A stretch of DNA of 64,000 bases from Lama guanicoe (lineage: Eukaryota): the NCBI GenBank assembly GCA_013239625.1, contig MU053994.1, positions 2,175,589 to 2,239,588 on the forward strand, read 5' to 3'. Both the position numbers and the translations under genes were made by a program. Shown here piece after piece: positions 22,247 to 34,414 of this stretch. Position 1 is the first letter of the stretch. The number at the start of each line of letters is the position of its first letter. Under the pieces are notes generated by a model that worked only from the letters and a program-made list of their open reading frames with translations, did not search any database and was not told the DNA's origin.

Positions 22247-25154
22247 AAAGGGCTACAGATCCCTGGCTAACCCTCCTCGCAACCCATAATTAGGGGTGAC
22301 CTTTGCGAAAAGCAATTAAAATATGGTAATGATCGATACGTTCGTCCCTTTCCAAAAAGTAAAATACACAGGTGTTAGCTTCGGGAGGCTCCACCTGGCC
22401 CGGCCAGGAGGCCTCCTCCAGCTTATGAATGAACTCTTTCTCCCGGGAAGCCTCGATTCCCCGCTACCTACGCGAGCGCAAGCTCCCCTCCTCTTCCCCT
22501 CCCCTCCCCCACCAGTGCTCAGGCAGCCAGGAGCTTGCTGGCGGCGGCGGGGCTTTGTCATCGGAACGTACACACAGACACGCACACGCGCGCACCCGGC
22601 CACCACGGGACCGCGGCGGCCGCTGCGCCGTGTCCTTCCTCGCCGCGTTCCCCTCCCTGCCTCTTCTTTTTAAGAGCTGCTCCAAACCCTTTCTTCCGTC
22701 TTTTATGTGTGCGGTCTTTTTAATAGAGGAGCTCGGGAAGCATTTTAGGGGGGCCTCCCGCGGGGCGCAGGACGGCAGGACTCGGGACGCGCGCGGAGAG
22801 GACGCGTGGGCAGCTGGGCTTTGTTCCGCCCCTCGCCGGGGTCCCCAGGGCCGAAAAGTCTGTGCCGCGCTGGGGCCCACCGGCGAATCGGCGGGCTAAC
22901 ACCAGCACCTCCCCACCCCCACCAAAACTGGAACGTGAAATCCCCTCCAGAGAGTTCACTCCGGACTTGCTCCGGGTAGGGCGCATCGCCCTGGGGAGGG
23001 TCTCCTGGTCCACAAGTGGCTCTCCCCATACAGACAAATGTGCAATGTCATTATGGTGGCTCCTGTTGCTCGAGACCCCACGGGTGCTTCTCTGGCGCGC
23101 GCACACCCCATCTCTACATTGCGCGGAGGACGAGGGTGTGCCCAGCGGATGGGGCTCCTAGGGGGACTGCCTGGAGGAGACGTCGCGTCAGGCCCTCCCG
23201 CACCTCCTGGCTGCCTTCCGGGAGTGCGAACACAGAGCCAGGGCGGCCCCTCGCCTTTCATTACCGGGCCTACGAAAGCAGCAGCCCAGGCAAATATGTA
23301 GCTATTAAAATTAATCGCCCTGCGTTGTCAGCTGAACATAATGCAAATTATTTATGGGCTGTCTGCGCAATATTTATCATCGTGCAGGCTCCAGGCGCTT
23401 CGTGCCTCCCGGCCTCCCCCGCCCTCCCCGGCCCGCGCAGGGCGAAGCTGCGCGCAGGCTGCGGCGGCCAGAGGGCTCTGGGCACCCAAATGGGGTTCCG
23501 AGGGCGAGGCCGCTCACCAGTCTGCCTTCCAGGCAGAGAGCCTCACTTTGGTTTCTGACACTCATTCCACATTTGTTGGAGGCCTACTATGTGCAAAATT
23601 AGGAGGTCCGCAAAATTAGGGGGAGTGAAAAAAAACCCCCAACAATTTGGAGAAATCGGAACCAAACATAAGCTCGGGCCGGAGAGGCGATGCAGGCGGA
23701 GGCTCCTCGGCTGCCCAAGTGAATTTTCTGTGGCCCAAGTCTGCCCTCCAACTCGGGAAACCCATGATTGCGAAAGCCGGAATCGCACTCAGAGAAACCG
23801 AGAGCATCGGAGGTGCCCGACAGATTAGAGTACAACGCTGTCGACTGGAACAGGAATTCGGTGTCCTTCGAGCCTCAAAACTTGTTTGCAGATCGCAGAT
23901 AACAGATTAACTGCTAATTGTCGAAATCGGCCAACCATTTAGTTTATCACTGCTGGGGGCCCCTTGGTATTCGCTGCACTTTTTATATGTAAAAACAGCC
24001 TTGGTACCTCCTAAACGGCTTTTGTGTGGCTTTTGTTTCTCTTTCAAATACGGTGTTTTAAAAAACAGCAGCAACACGCCACCCCACCCCCTCTCCAACC
24101 CAGCCTGCTCGTTTAAAAAAAAAAAAAAACAGAAGGAGAAATAATCTATAGGACAATCCCCCCCTACTGGTCGGCGCTGGCGTTAGGGTTTTTTACGCAG
24201 ATCGAGTCGCCCTGGGCTGCAGAGGTAAACAGGCTTTCTGCACCGTTGCTAAATGAATCACGAGGGGAAGAACGAGGACTGCGGGGGCGGGGGAGGCCTC
24301 GGGATCCGGGCTGGGTGCCAGGGAGGGGAGGGCGCAGCACGAGGGGCAGTGGGGTGGAGGCGAGTAGACCCTGCCCCGAGGCCTCCAGGGCCAGGGAGGG
24401 GAGAGAAAGGTCGGTGGGCGGCCCAGCCTGAGGCCCCCGCTTGCAATCTGCGAGGCAGAGTGAATGCGCAGCCTGGGCCTCTATCCCCTGCGCGCCTGGG
24501 CGCCACCTGGGGCCGGTCACGCTGCGTGAGTCCATCTGCGGGGAAGGAGGTCACCTGCGCCCCCTCCCACACACAGTTTTAGCAGCTCTGGGCCTTCAGG
24601 ACGCAGAGGCAGGCCTAGGTCTTTCTTCTGATGTTCATCTTAAGCAAATTATTGCCTTTCATCACTGTCCCCACCCTAAACGCCAACGTCACCTCGCACT
24701 TAGCTCTTCAAGCCGGAGTCAGGGCCTACTTCCGGGGTCCTGGGGGGTGGCGTGCCTATCTATAGCATCTGCTCTCCAGACTAACAGAAGGGGACAGAGC
24801 CAGAAAGCTCCTTGGAATTTATATTCTTCATCCGGTTTTCTTCTCTTTAAAATGTGATTTGACCCAATTTAGAGGCCCTTTTTTCTTTCCCTTTAACCCC
24901 GACTTTAGACAGGGATTTTTCTTAGAACATTCCAAAGATTCTCCCATTACCTCAGAAACTTAATTGGAAGTGATGTAAAAGAAAAGGAGGTTCAAAACAT
25001 TCAGTTCCTTTTGGATTCCCTTTATCTGTGTATTCCTGCATGGATTTGAGGAAGGGCTGGTTTTTGCTTTGTTTTGCTTTTTAATCAGCAGATCACTGTG
25101 TTTTCTAGGGTAAGACTGAACATTAGTCACAGTGACGGGGAGGGGGTCATGCCC

Positions 25155-25290
25155 CGTTTACCAAGTGCTTTAAGACTTTGGTCCTCAGGATCCCACCTGA
25201 GAGGGGCAGGGTAGGTGTTATTGTTCTCATTTACAGATGGGGAGACGGACCCCTCCTCACAAGTTTCAGGAATCGAGTCTTCCTCGTTGA
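25155..25290 (-). mobile_element. MIR fragment
   Basis: gtaggtgttattgttctcatttacagatggggagac. Confidence 0.6.
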
Positions 25291-27254
25291 ACTGGGGCCA
25301 GAAGCCAGCTCCTGCCTGCATCCACCCTGCTCCACATCAATGTCATTTAGTAAATGCTGCATCCTTTTCTGAGATGTGTCTACTGGGACCCCAGCCACCC
25401 TCCGGGCTGAAGCAGCCCCGACCTCCCACATTTTAGGCAGCTCTTTCCACAGCCTGCAAACCGCACAGATCGTCTCTTACAACCGTCTGTTTACTCACTT
25501 CCCTCCACCGGGTCAATTCCGACTCCAGGCCCGGGAGGACAATTTTAAAGTGTTTCTGCAGACAGACCCTCTGGCCGCGCCGGAAGTGTTTTATGGACCT
25601 GTGAGCCGAGTTAATCCCAGGAGGGGCGGCAGGATTAGTCCCTGGTGTGGGTGGGGGATTCCTGTATTAAGGTTTAATCCCCATGGGAGGATGGAGATGG
25701 GGGTCGGGTGGCTTCGGCAATGTGTGTCCCCGGCAATGTGTGTCCCCCTCCGCATGCATTAAACTCCGAGATCTGGGCCGAGGCGGGTGGAAATTGAGGC
25801 ATGTGGACCCACAAAAGCCTCGATCTTCGGCAGGCAGGGTGTAAGGGGGTGGAGGGCGCCTGGTGTAGACGCACCCCGGGAGACCAGTGTGGACATCGAG
25901 GCCGAGTGGAGAGCGCAGTTGTGTTTTTATCTGCAGGTTTTATTCTTCCAGCCCTGTGGAAAGGAGTAGAGCCGCAACCCGGGGAGGGAGCCGGAAAGAA
26001 ACACTTAATCACCGGCGTCTCGCTGCTCGTCACGCGAAGATGGCAGCGGCTCCCCTGGGTTTCAAGGTTCCGGGAAAGGCCTGTGGTCTGCCTAGAGGCG
26101 CGCGGGCTGCTGTGCTCCCTCCCTTGTCTGGGCGGCCGGCCGGGCTCTCGGAGCCTCTCTCAACGCCAGTTAAGTACGGCTAGGCCAGCCGGCGGTCAGG
26201 CCAGCGGGGCCCATGGGTCTTCGCGAGCTAAAAGTAAAGGCTCGAGGAGGTGAGGTGGTGAGCTGATAGTCCGGCGTCACCTCGAACCACAACACAGGGC
26301 CAGCTTTCGCGGAGAGGGGATTTATCGCCATCCCCATCCACGCATAGGCCCCACTGTCTGGGCGTCCCCTTTGACTCCCGGGCCATCATGAAACACAGAA
26401 GGCGCAGGTACCCGCCAGGCGCCACTACTTCCCAGGGGGAGTTGGGGATCTCCAGGCCTGGCTGAGTGCCCCAGGGGTGCCAGCGTGAGCACGGACGCTG
26501 GGGAGGAGCAGGGCAGCGCGGCCCCTCCACCCCGACTCTTCTCGGGCACAGCACAAAACTGCCACGGGCTTCCGAAGCGCCAGAGCGGGCAGGAGGAAGG
26601 CGGAGGCCCGGGAGGCGTGCTGCGCGCGCCCGGAAAGGGGGACGAATGCTTGAGGGAGGCAGGGTGAGTGTGAGCAGTCCGGAACCAGCCGTCCCAATGG
26701 GGGCTTGCCTAGCTGGCCTATCCAGCCCCCCGGGCCGTGGGGCTCCGTGCCCAGAGCTGGCGGCTCAGGCGGAGGGGAGCCCGGAGCTGCGGAAGGCACT
26801 GCCGGGCGTCTGGCCAACTCCGCGGGAGGAGCCCGGAGGCGCGCCCGGAGCCCTGGGACCGTTGTGACCCAGCCGCCTCCGCAGGCGGTAGCTTAGCTCC
26901 GCCTTCCGGGACCACTGACTCTCGGCGATAAGGAGTTCCTCAGCAATCGGCTGTCCCCAGCCCCCAGTCACCTCCGGCGGACGTGACCGCCGGATGCTAT
27001 GTGGCGAGGTGGGGCGAGGGGTCTTTGCACTGCCTTCCCTGGTCCCTTCTCCGTCGCGGAGCCACAATAACGTGCTTCTGTACGACACTGCGGAACTTTC
27101 CTTTGCAAAACAAGGGCCAAATGTTGGGCTTCCACGTCTCTTCCCATAACTCTTTGGAAGGTGGGAGAGGGGTCCAACATGCCCCCCTCCAACAGCCTTC
27201 ACTACACAACACTGGAGAGGTCCTACCTCCCTTTGTGGGCGGCAATTCTAGCCT

Positions 27255-27425
27255 TAGCCCAAACTGTGAGGCAAAGCCACTTAACAGTTCTGGGCCTCAG
27301 TGACCTCATCTGTAAAATGATGTCAATAATAGTGTCTAACTCATGGGGTTGTTTTAAGGATGATATGAGTTAATATATAAAGTGCCTGCAACTTGGCCTG
27401 GCATGCAGTGCTACAATGTTTGTTG
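27255..27425 (+). mobile_element. MIR SINE
   Basis: cacttaac...gggcctcagtgacctcatctgtaaaatg...aataatagt...atataaagtgcct...cctggcatgcagtgct. Confidence 0.8.
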
Positions 27426-30400
27426 TCAGAATTTGGTACTTTCTTACCAGGGGGTTTGGGTGGGGTGGAAAGGGCACTACTGCCCACAAAAACGTTGAGG
27501 CAAAATGGGCTCATACTGTCTCAACTAGACTTTCCCTTAAAGGCCTGCGTGTGTGGTGGGGGGATGGAAGGGGGAACTGCGCTTTAATGGTGCTCATTTA
27601 GACTGGATTAATGGGAAGCTTCTGCCAGGGCTCAGGCACCATTATCCAACCTCTCCCTGAAGCCTTGGGCGAACAGCACTGGTTTAGAGAACGTCCAGCA
27701 GACTTCCAGGCCACCCTTTCTGACGGCTCTAGGCCACCTCCTATAAATCAGTTCTTGGAGACACTGGGCAAAAGCCACATCCTCTGGGGGTGTAAGTTAG
27801 CCAGAGTTTACCACTGGTCCAGGGCCGGCATGAGGCAGGCCTCGGTCGCTGGGCTGCTGGTGGGCCTCATTTTAGGGACACACAAATGCACCAGTATTTA
27901 TGTAAATAGAGTCAGATCTATAATTTCAAAAAGCTTCCCATTTCCTTTCAAATGGGGTCTCCTGCGCCATGGGGAGGAGTAGGGGCAAAGAAGGGCCTCG
28001 AAGAGGCCTGGGCGCCACTCACTCTCCTCCTGGTCTCTCCCAGGTCACTCATAATTCATTAGGTGGGACAGCCTTTTCCTTTTCAAAGACAACGCAAATG
28101 GCCTTTCCCTTACGTGGCTGCCGCGTTCGCCTAATCACTGAAATGTGCTGGCGGTGCGCTCTAGCTCTCACAGCTGATCTTTATCGGAACTGTGCGTGCC
28201 AGGCGGCCAGCCCCGGGAAAGACAAAGACGCAGGCGCCTCCGGGTTTGCTCCCGAGGCCTCCGGGTCACCTCCGGGGCTTCCCCTTCACAGCCTCCGGCT
28301 CCCAAGCCGCTGCCGGCCAGCTACCGGAACAAACCCGCAGCCCTAAGTCACAACTCCAGTTCTCGAGCGCCACCCGGAGAGTTCACATTTCCCCTCCTCC
28401 GGGGACGCGTGGTGAGTGAGAGAGAGTCTGAGGGTGGCGGCAGCAGACGTTTGGGTCCCGGGGCGCGCGAGGAGGTAGGGTGGGGGACGGGACTCCCTGC
28501 ACCCAGCTGCACGTCAGCAGGAAAAGAAAAAGGCAAGAGGAAAAATGTGGGCTTATAAAAGCCAAAACCATCCACTATGAAGTGCAAACAACCCCAGGCA
28601 AGAGTCTGCAAGGAGCAAGCAACCCCCAAATAGAAACTACAAGTAAAAATACATCCCCGTTTAGAGTTATAGTAAAAGTCCTCGAAGGTGGGGTGCAAAG
28701 GAGACCGCGCCTTCTTAGGACACACACGGGCGGTGCCAAGATACATCGTGCTCAGCCCGGCACCTCCTGCACACACATTTAATACCAGGCAGAGAGCGGG
28801 GTTTCATCTACAAATCAACCAGTAATCACAGTATTTATAACTGAGTCAACGTGTACTTGATTTAAAAAAGATTGATCTTGCTTGAAAGATACATGGACAA
28901 CCTGTATTTAGATGGGCTAAGTTCCCGCAGCTGTCTGCCCACATTTGTCTGGTCTCTCTAAGAATCCACGTTTTCTAGCCCGGGAAGGGGCAGGCGGCCC
29001 TCGTGGCTCCTCCTTCGGCGGTTTCCTGGCTAGGCGCCCATCCTCCCCAAGCACCGGGAACGGAGGCGGCCGCATTAATACTCGCGGGCAGCCGTCTCTG
29101 ACCTATACTGTCATTTTTTCCATCGGTCAGAATCGGGCTGGGGGTGGGGAGGGGAGTGTTCTCCTCCGAGGGGCTCTGCACGGATCATTGGGTTTTCCCC
29201 GGCGAACTTAACACGGAGGCAAAAGGGGCAGATGGAAACCAGGCCTCGGCTGGCCGGGCGCGCGTAAGCGCCGCACTCGGCAGCTCGACGCAAAGCCAGG
29301 GCTGGATTTTCGCGGCCCGGGCCCGGCGGCCTCCCCGTGCCGGCGCGATCCTCTCTCCCTCGGGCTGAGCAAACGTGCTCGCCTAATTCCGCCCTGGAGA
29401 CAGCAGCTGTGCGGCGAGGGGGTGGGGTGGGGAGGATAACCCGCAACTTTTCCAACAGAAAGTGTATGCGCACAGGAGAGGTGAAGGCCCACCCGATTCT
29501 GTGCACGTACCGACACAGCATCTAATCAGTGTCACTGCCAGGAATACGCTTCCGCGGCGGGCGACACCCCGGCCCCCGCCAACCTGCAGGAGGGAGGGGG
29601 GATGCAAATGGCGTCTCGCGTCGTCCCAGACTCAGCACAGCTCCCGCTGCCGCGACTCCGAGCAGACGTCGCAGCGGGCCAAGCGCTGCCACTCTGGGGA
29701 TGTGAACACGCAGGCGGCCCGCACCCCCTCTCCTGTGACCTGGTCGCGGGAAAAGGAACTAGCACCACTCCCCGTTCCGAGGCCATTCCCCGGCCCCCAC
29801 CTGCATTAGAATAGTCCTTCCCCGATGGGGGGGGGGCGGGGCGGGAAACTTTGAGAGGCGACTGTTCCTCGCCTTCCCCGCGTGCCGTCGGAGAACAGGG
29901 GTGGGTTTCCTGTCCGAGGCCTGACCACACTCCCCCACTTTTCCCGTTCCAGGATCTGAAGCTCGTGGTCTACGGAGTTGGGGGGGACACTTTGGGCCAC
30001 TCTGGGGCGGGGGACACAGAAATAAGGCGTCTTCAAGGGCTCTGGCGGATGGCTAAGTTAGTGTCCTTTCCTTCCCACAAGGGAGTAGCGTTCACCACTT
30101 TGGGGAAGCCTGAGCCTCCTCACCTCCGGCCACGAGGCCATCCCTGTCTTCAGGGTGGGGCCAATGGTCTCTCTACAGAACCCTCCCCCGCTCTGCGGCC
30201 CCCACACGGCTCCCATGGCCCCGGGGAGCCCCCAGAGATGGCCCGTGCCTTCCGTTGCCCGCTCTTCCGGGGGAGGGGGAGGCGTGTGTGTCGTGTGCAC
30301 CACGACTCCGGCCCGCGCCCTCAACGGAGCCACCTAGGCAGCCCTCTCCGCCTGGAGTCGCCCTGCGGGATGCAGCCTCCGTCACGCGTAATGGGGCACC

Positions 30401-30573
30401 CCTGGGACGCAGGCGGGGATGGCGGTTCCGGTTGTTCTGGGATTTGCATGCAAGAAGAAAACAAGGCCGGCGACTACAAGAGCGGCGCCTCCATTCTCGG
30501 GGTTCGGACGCCCGCGCGGTCTCCGCGTGGGTCCCGCTATCGCCACTTTTGCCCGGGGGGCCCGCTTCCGTAC

Positions 30574-30890
30574 CCCCACGCCTTTCCCCCAGCAATCCTT
30601 CGTCCTGCTCGTGCCGCACCACGCGGAGCTCCGAGCACCCTGGCTCCCACCCCAGTCCCTCCATAACTCGCGCGCCTCCCTCGCCCCGGGCTCGGGGGTG
30701 CCACTCGCCCTCAGCGCCCTGAGTACGGCGGTTCCACCCTCGGCTGCGAAAGCCGCCTCCCCGTGCCACCCCCGCCCGGCCCGGCCCTTGTCCCAGCCCG
30801 GCTCCCCCGCCAGCTGCGCCGCCACCGCCGCACGTGACCCGCCCCCGTCGCGGCTTCCGCTGAGCTGCCTGTTCCGGAGCACAAACAATT
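30574..30890 (-). other. BCOR: Probable most-upstream non-coding exon 1 and promoter of BCOR (BCL6 corepressor)
   Basis: Last CpG island before the repeat-rich region; donor GGG|GTACGG at 30574/30573; E-box CACGTG, GC box and ETS CTTCCG at ~30830-30860. Gene identity is inferred from recalled island spacing and exon size in human and has not been checked by alignment. Confidence 0.5.
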
Positions 30891-31407
30891 TCTGCTCTGA
30901 CGCGGGGTCTCTCGGGCCCGGGCGTCCTCTCCTCCCTGCCTCCCCCCCTTCCGGGTACGAGAACTCAAAACAACTCGCTGACCTTCGGGCCCACCAGCTC
31001 CGGCTTCCACCGACTCCGGCATTCCGTTCAAACCCAGCAGCGGCAGCTTCTAAGATTTCACTCCGAGCTGGGCTGGGGGGAGGGGGTGATTTCTCCGGGA
31101 GGGGGTGTCTCAGATCGAAAGAGCCACTTTACGCTCCTTCCTCTCCTCCGAAGTGAGTTTTTAGAGTAGCCGGAGGCCCCGAGGAAAGCACTCCCTCCCA
31201 TCCCCACCCCAACACACACACACAGGCCGCCTTGACTAGTGCCTGACCCGATTTCCAGGGTCACGGCCCAGCGGCAGAGGGCCTGGCCAGCGTCGGAAAT
31301 ACCACCAAGCGGTGGAGTGCGGCATGGATCAGAGCTGGGGTGGGGTGGAGAAATTGCAATAAATAATAAGAGTAGCCCCCGCTTCCGCGCTGTGCAGAAC
31401 AAGCCCC

Positions 31408-31530
31408 CGAACTTTACAGATCAGAAAACTGAGACGAGGAGAAAGGTCAGTTAAGTGACTTAATCAGAGTCACCCAGCTAGTTAAATGACTTAGGAATCT
31501 GAACCCAGGTCTCCCAGAGTCCAAGGTGGT
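31408..31530 (-). mobile_element. MIR SINE
   Basis: tttacagatcagaaaactgag...gttaagtgactt...gtcacccagctagttaaatgac...tgaacccaggtct. Confidence 0.75.
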
Positions 31531-32667
31531 TAAATGTAAAGTTAGTGCTCACCTTGGATCAAAAGCACAGACCCAGCTATGAAACTTGAAACTTAATGTT
31601 CGCTTGAGGGCAAGATAATTTCCATGTCGTATTGTGACTGGCACATGGTAGGCCCTCAATAAATATTGCTAAAATGAATGGGTATCTGACGATTGACAGA
31701 ATCACTGATGGCAAGTGATCTTAGAGGAAACAGCTCCAACCACTGTTCCTTCTAAGAGGACCGTTTTACCTTAATAAAATCTCTAGCTGTTTTTTTTTTT
31801 TTTTGACTGTTTGCAGATAACAGGAAACTCTTATTCAAAAATATGTTAACTCCCACCCCTATCCCCCAGCCAATCAGCCAGGCAGCATTTGAACTTGCTG
31901 GGGCACATACCCAAAGCAGCTTTTACCTGGTCTCAGCCGTTTTCCCCCCCGACCCGCTTCCTTCTCGGTAAGCTTCTGCTCAGGGTCAGGCAGCCTGGAA
32001 CTGCATTTGAAGTGATTCTGAACGTAGAACAGGAAAGGAGTGTACACTCACCAAACGTAGCTCATTGGTTTCCCTTCTCCAGGCGGGTGGTGGTGGCATG
32101 GGGGGGTGGGGAGCATGACTTGCAGCTCAGTAGTTATTTTTTTAATTCACAGACCACATCAGGAACACCACGATCTGTGCATGTGTGCATTTGTTCCAGA
32201 GTCACAGCCCTCACCAGCTGTGAGGTCACGTCTCTTGGAAGGCAGTCGTCTACCTTAACCAAGCGCTCTGAGACGCTCGTCAGTGGGACCACATCTGTCA
32301 TTTGGAGAGCTGCTGCTGGTGCTCTGTGCTGTCCTGCTCCTTCTGGTGGCCTGAGAGAGGATGCGATTTTTAAAAATTCATATATTCAGGTAATCCAATA
32401 GAATGTACTTTTATAGCATGTTGTCATCTCTCCCTCTCCCCAACCCCAGTTTGCTAAACCTAACCAGTTGTCCCTTGTATGTCACTAATTGAGCAACCTG
32501 AAATGGGGACAAATTTCACTTCGGATTACCCGAAAGTAAACTTTTTTTCCTCTCCAATTTGATTCCTCCAACATCTGTTGAATGCCTCTGTGGTGTAAGT
32601 CCCTATATTAGGCAGAACATGGAGGAAGAAAACGGCTAGTCTCTGTTTCTGATTATCGGTATAGTCT

Positions 32668-32732
32668 GCCCTCCCTCCCTCTCTCCACCCCCTTCGTTTC
32701 CTCCCTCCCTTCTTTGTCCTTCTCTCTTTCTG
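32668..32732. repeat. CT-rich low-complexity tract
   Basis: Nearly pure pyrimidine run. Confidence 0.7.
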
Positions 32733-33599
32733 ACAGTTGTCTATTTTGGCTCATGTTCCTAGGATTATTAACTAAGAAGAGAAAACATTTATTTTATAAC
32801 AACCCAATCTTGATGATAAGGGTAAGGTTTCAGCCGCCTCTTTTACAGTCTGGTCTGGAGTGACCAGCAGGACCCTGTGACCTCAGCTTGTGGCCAGCCT
32901 GGGTTGGAAGCATCAAATGATTTCCAAGGAGGCCACATGCCTAAGTCCCACGTGGCCGGATCATAGCTAAGCACGGTCTTGCCGAAACTCACTTACCCCT
33001 CGTGCTGGGGGAACGGGTGACAAGTGATGCTGAACCAGAGGTTCAGGATGCGAATTTGATTTATTATCTGTGTACAGCCTGGGGAGGAGAAAAGGCTCAT
33101 AAAAGTGTTCTAGGCTGGTCATTCTGAATGTGAGCATTTATTTATCTGCAAAGCTGCCGAATGTCCCTGCAGGAAGTCGCGGGCGCAGCAACCCCTGACT
33201 GCACAGACAAAAGTCCCCCCTTTACACAGGGCTGCTTTTATTGTTTCCAACAGCTTTGTGCTTTCCCTGGGGGAAAAGGAGAGTCACAGAGCGAGTTTTC
33301 TTCCTCTTTTCTCACGCTGCAGAGGAAGTGATGTTGTGGAAACAGTGGCATTAACTTGGCCTGCAAACCAGAGTTGGGAAGAGCTCAGAGCAGGGCGGCA
33401 TTCCTATGGCTTTCCTCTTCTAGGTCCCCCAGAACCCAGCCTGGGTCTAGTCTGAGAGTGGGAACGGCGGGCACTCACAGGTGGCACAAAGCAAGAGAAG
33501 TCATACTTGGGAATCATTCCCTGGGTACAAGGGGCTCCCTGGGGATGGACACTCCTGACCAATTGGGAGTAAAGCCCCCAAAAGACTTCTGGAGCACTT

Positions 33600-33728
33600 T
33601 CCCTCATCCATTTATTGGGCCACATTTAGGGATTACCCACTTTGTGCCAGGCACCGTGCTACTCCTGGGTATTCAGTGGTAAACAACAGAGATGTGGTCC
33701 CTGCCCTCATGGAGCTTACCTTCTACTT
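33600..33728 (-). mobile_element. L2 3' end
   Basis: catttattg...tgtgccaggcaccgtgcta...cagtggtaaacaacagagatgtggtccctgccctcatggagcttaccttcta. Confidence 0.75.
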
Positions 33729-33899
33729 CACTTGGCATCTAAAAGGTACAAGATGTGGTCCCAACCATCAAATCCTGTAGGTCCTACCTCCTTAACATCT
33801 CTCCTGGGCTCTTCCTCATCCAACGGTCTTAATTCAGACCCTTGAGGATTCCTCATGGAACAATGGAACCCACCCTCCCCAGTCTCACCTCCTCCATCT

Positions 33900-34170
33900 G
33901 ACCGTGCCACCCACGGCTTTAAACCCTTCAAGCAGCAAGAAAGGGAGGGTCAAGGGAAGATAAGAACACCCTCTTCCAGCTGAGTCAGCCTCCTTTATAA
34001 AGATTTCTCAGAACTCCCACCCAGTGATTTCTACTTACGTGTCACTGGCCACCTCTTGCTGTACGGGAGGCTGAGGAATGTTACCTTTCAGCTGGAGTTC
34101 ATTGCTGCCTCTAGTTACTAAGGAAGCGGGGGATGGCTGTGGGGGTGAGCAGCCAGCCACCTGTGCTCAT
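33900..34170 (-). mobile_element. MaLR LTR fragment (MLT1J/K/L-like)
   Basis: cactggccacctcttgctgtacgggaggctgaggaatgt...gttactaaggaag. Confidence 0.5.
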
Positions 34171-34414
34171 AGACTCACAGAGCACGTGACGGACAGTATG
34201 AAAGCACTTAGGAGATGGTAGGAGACGATTCAAGAGGGACCATTGGGGTTCATCCTGTTCTCTGGGAACTGCCCTCCATCTCCTCCACGGGGTTGGGATG
34301 CCAGCAGCCTGTAGGTGCAGATGGAGCCTGCCCCTAGCTGAGCCAGTTCTGGCTCCCCCACCTCTGCCCCCTGGGGAATGGGGGATCAGGAGAGAGAAAG
34401 CTGGTCAGTCAGGG

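Larger units (their letters stand above)
21880..31400. promoter_or_regulatory. CpG island cluster 4 (sub-islands approx. 21.9-24.6, 25.5-27.1 and 28.1-31.4 kb)
   Basis: High CpG density interrupted by short AT-richer gaps containing MIRs. Confidence 0.85.

Noticed and set aside
1436..31454. Many overlapping Arg/Pro/Gly/Ala-rich ORFs of 100-270 aa
   Set aside because: Expected from stop-codon scarcity in CpG islands; open in several frames at once and no known motifs
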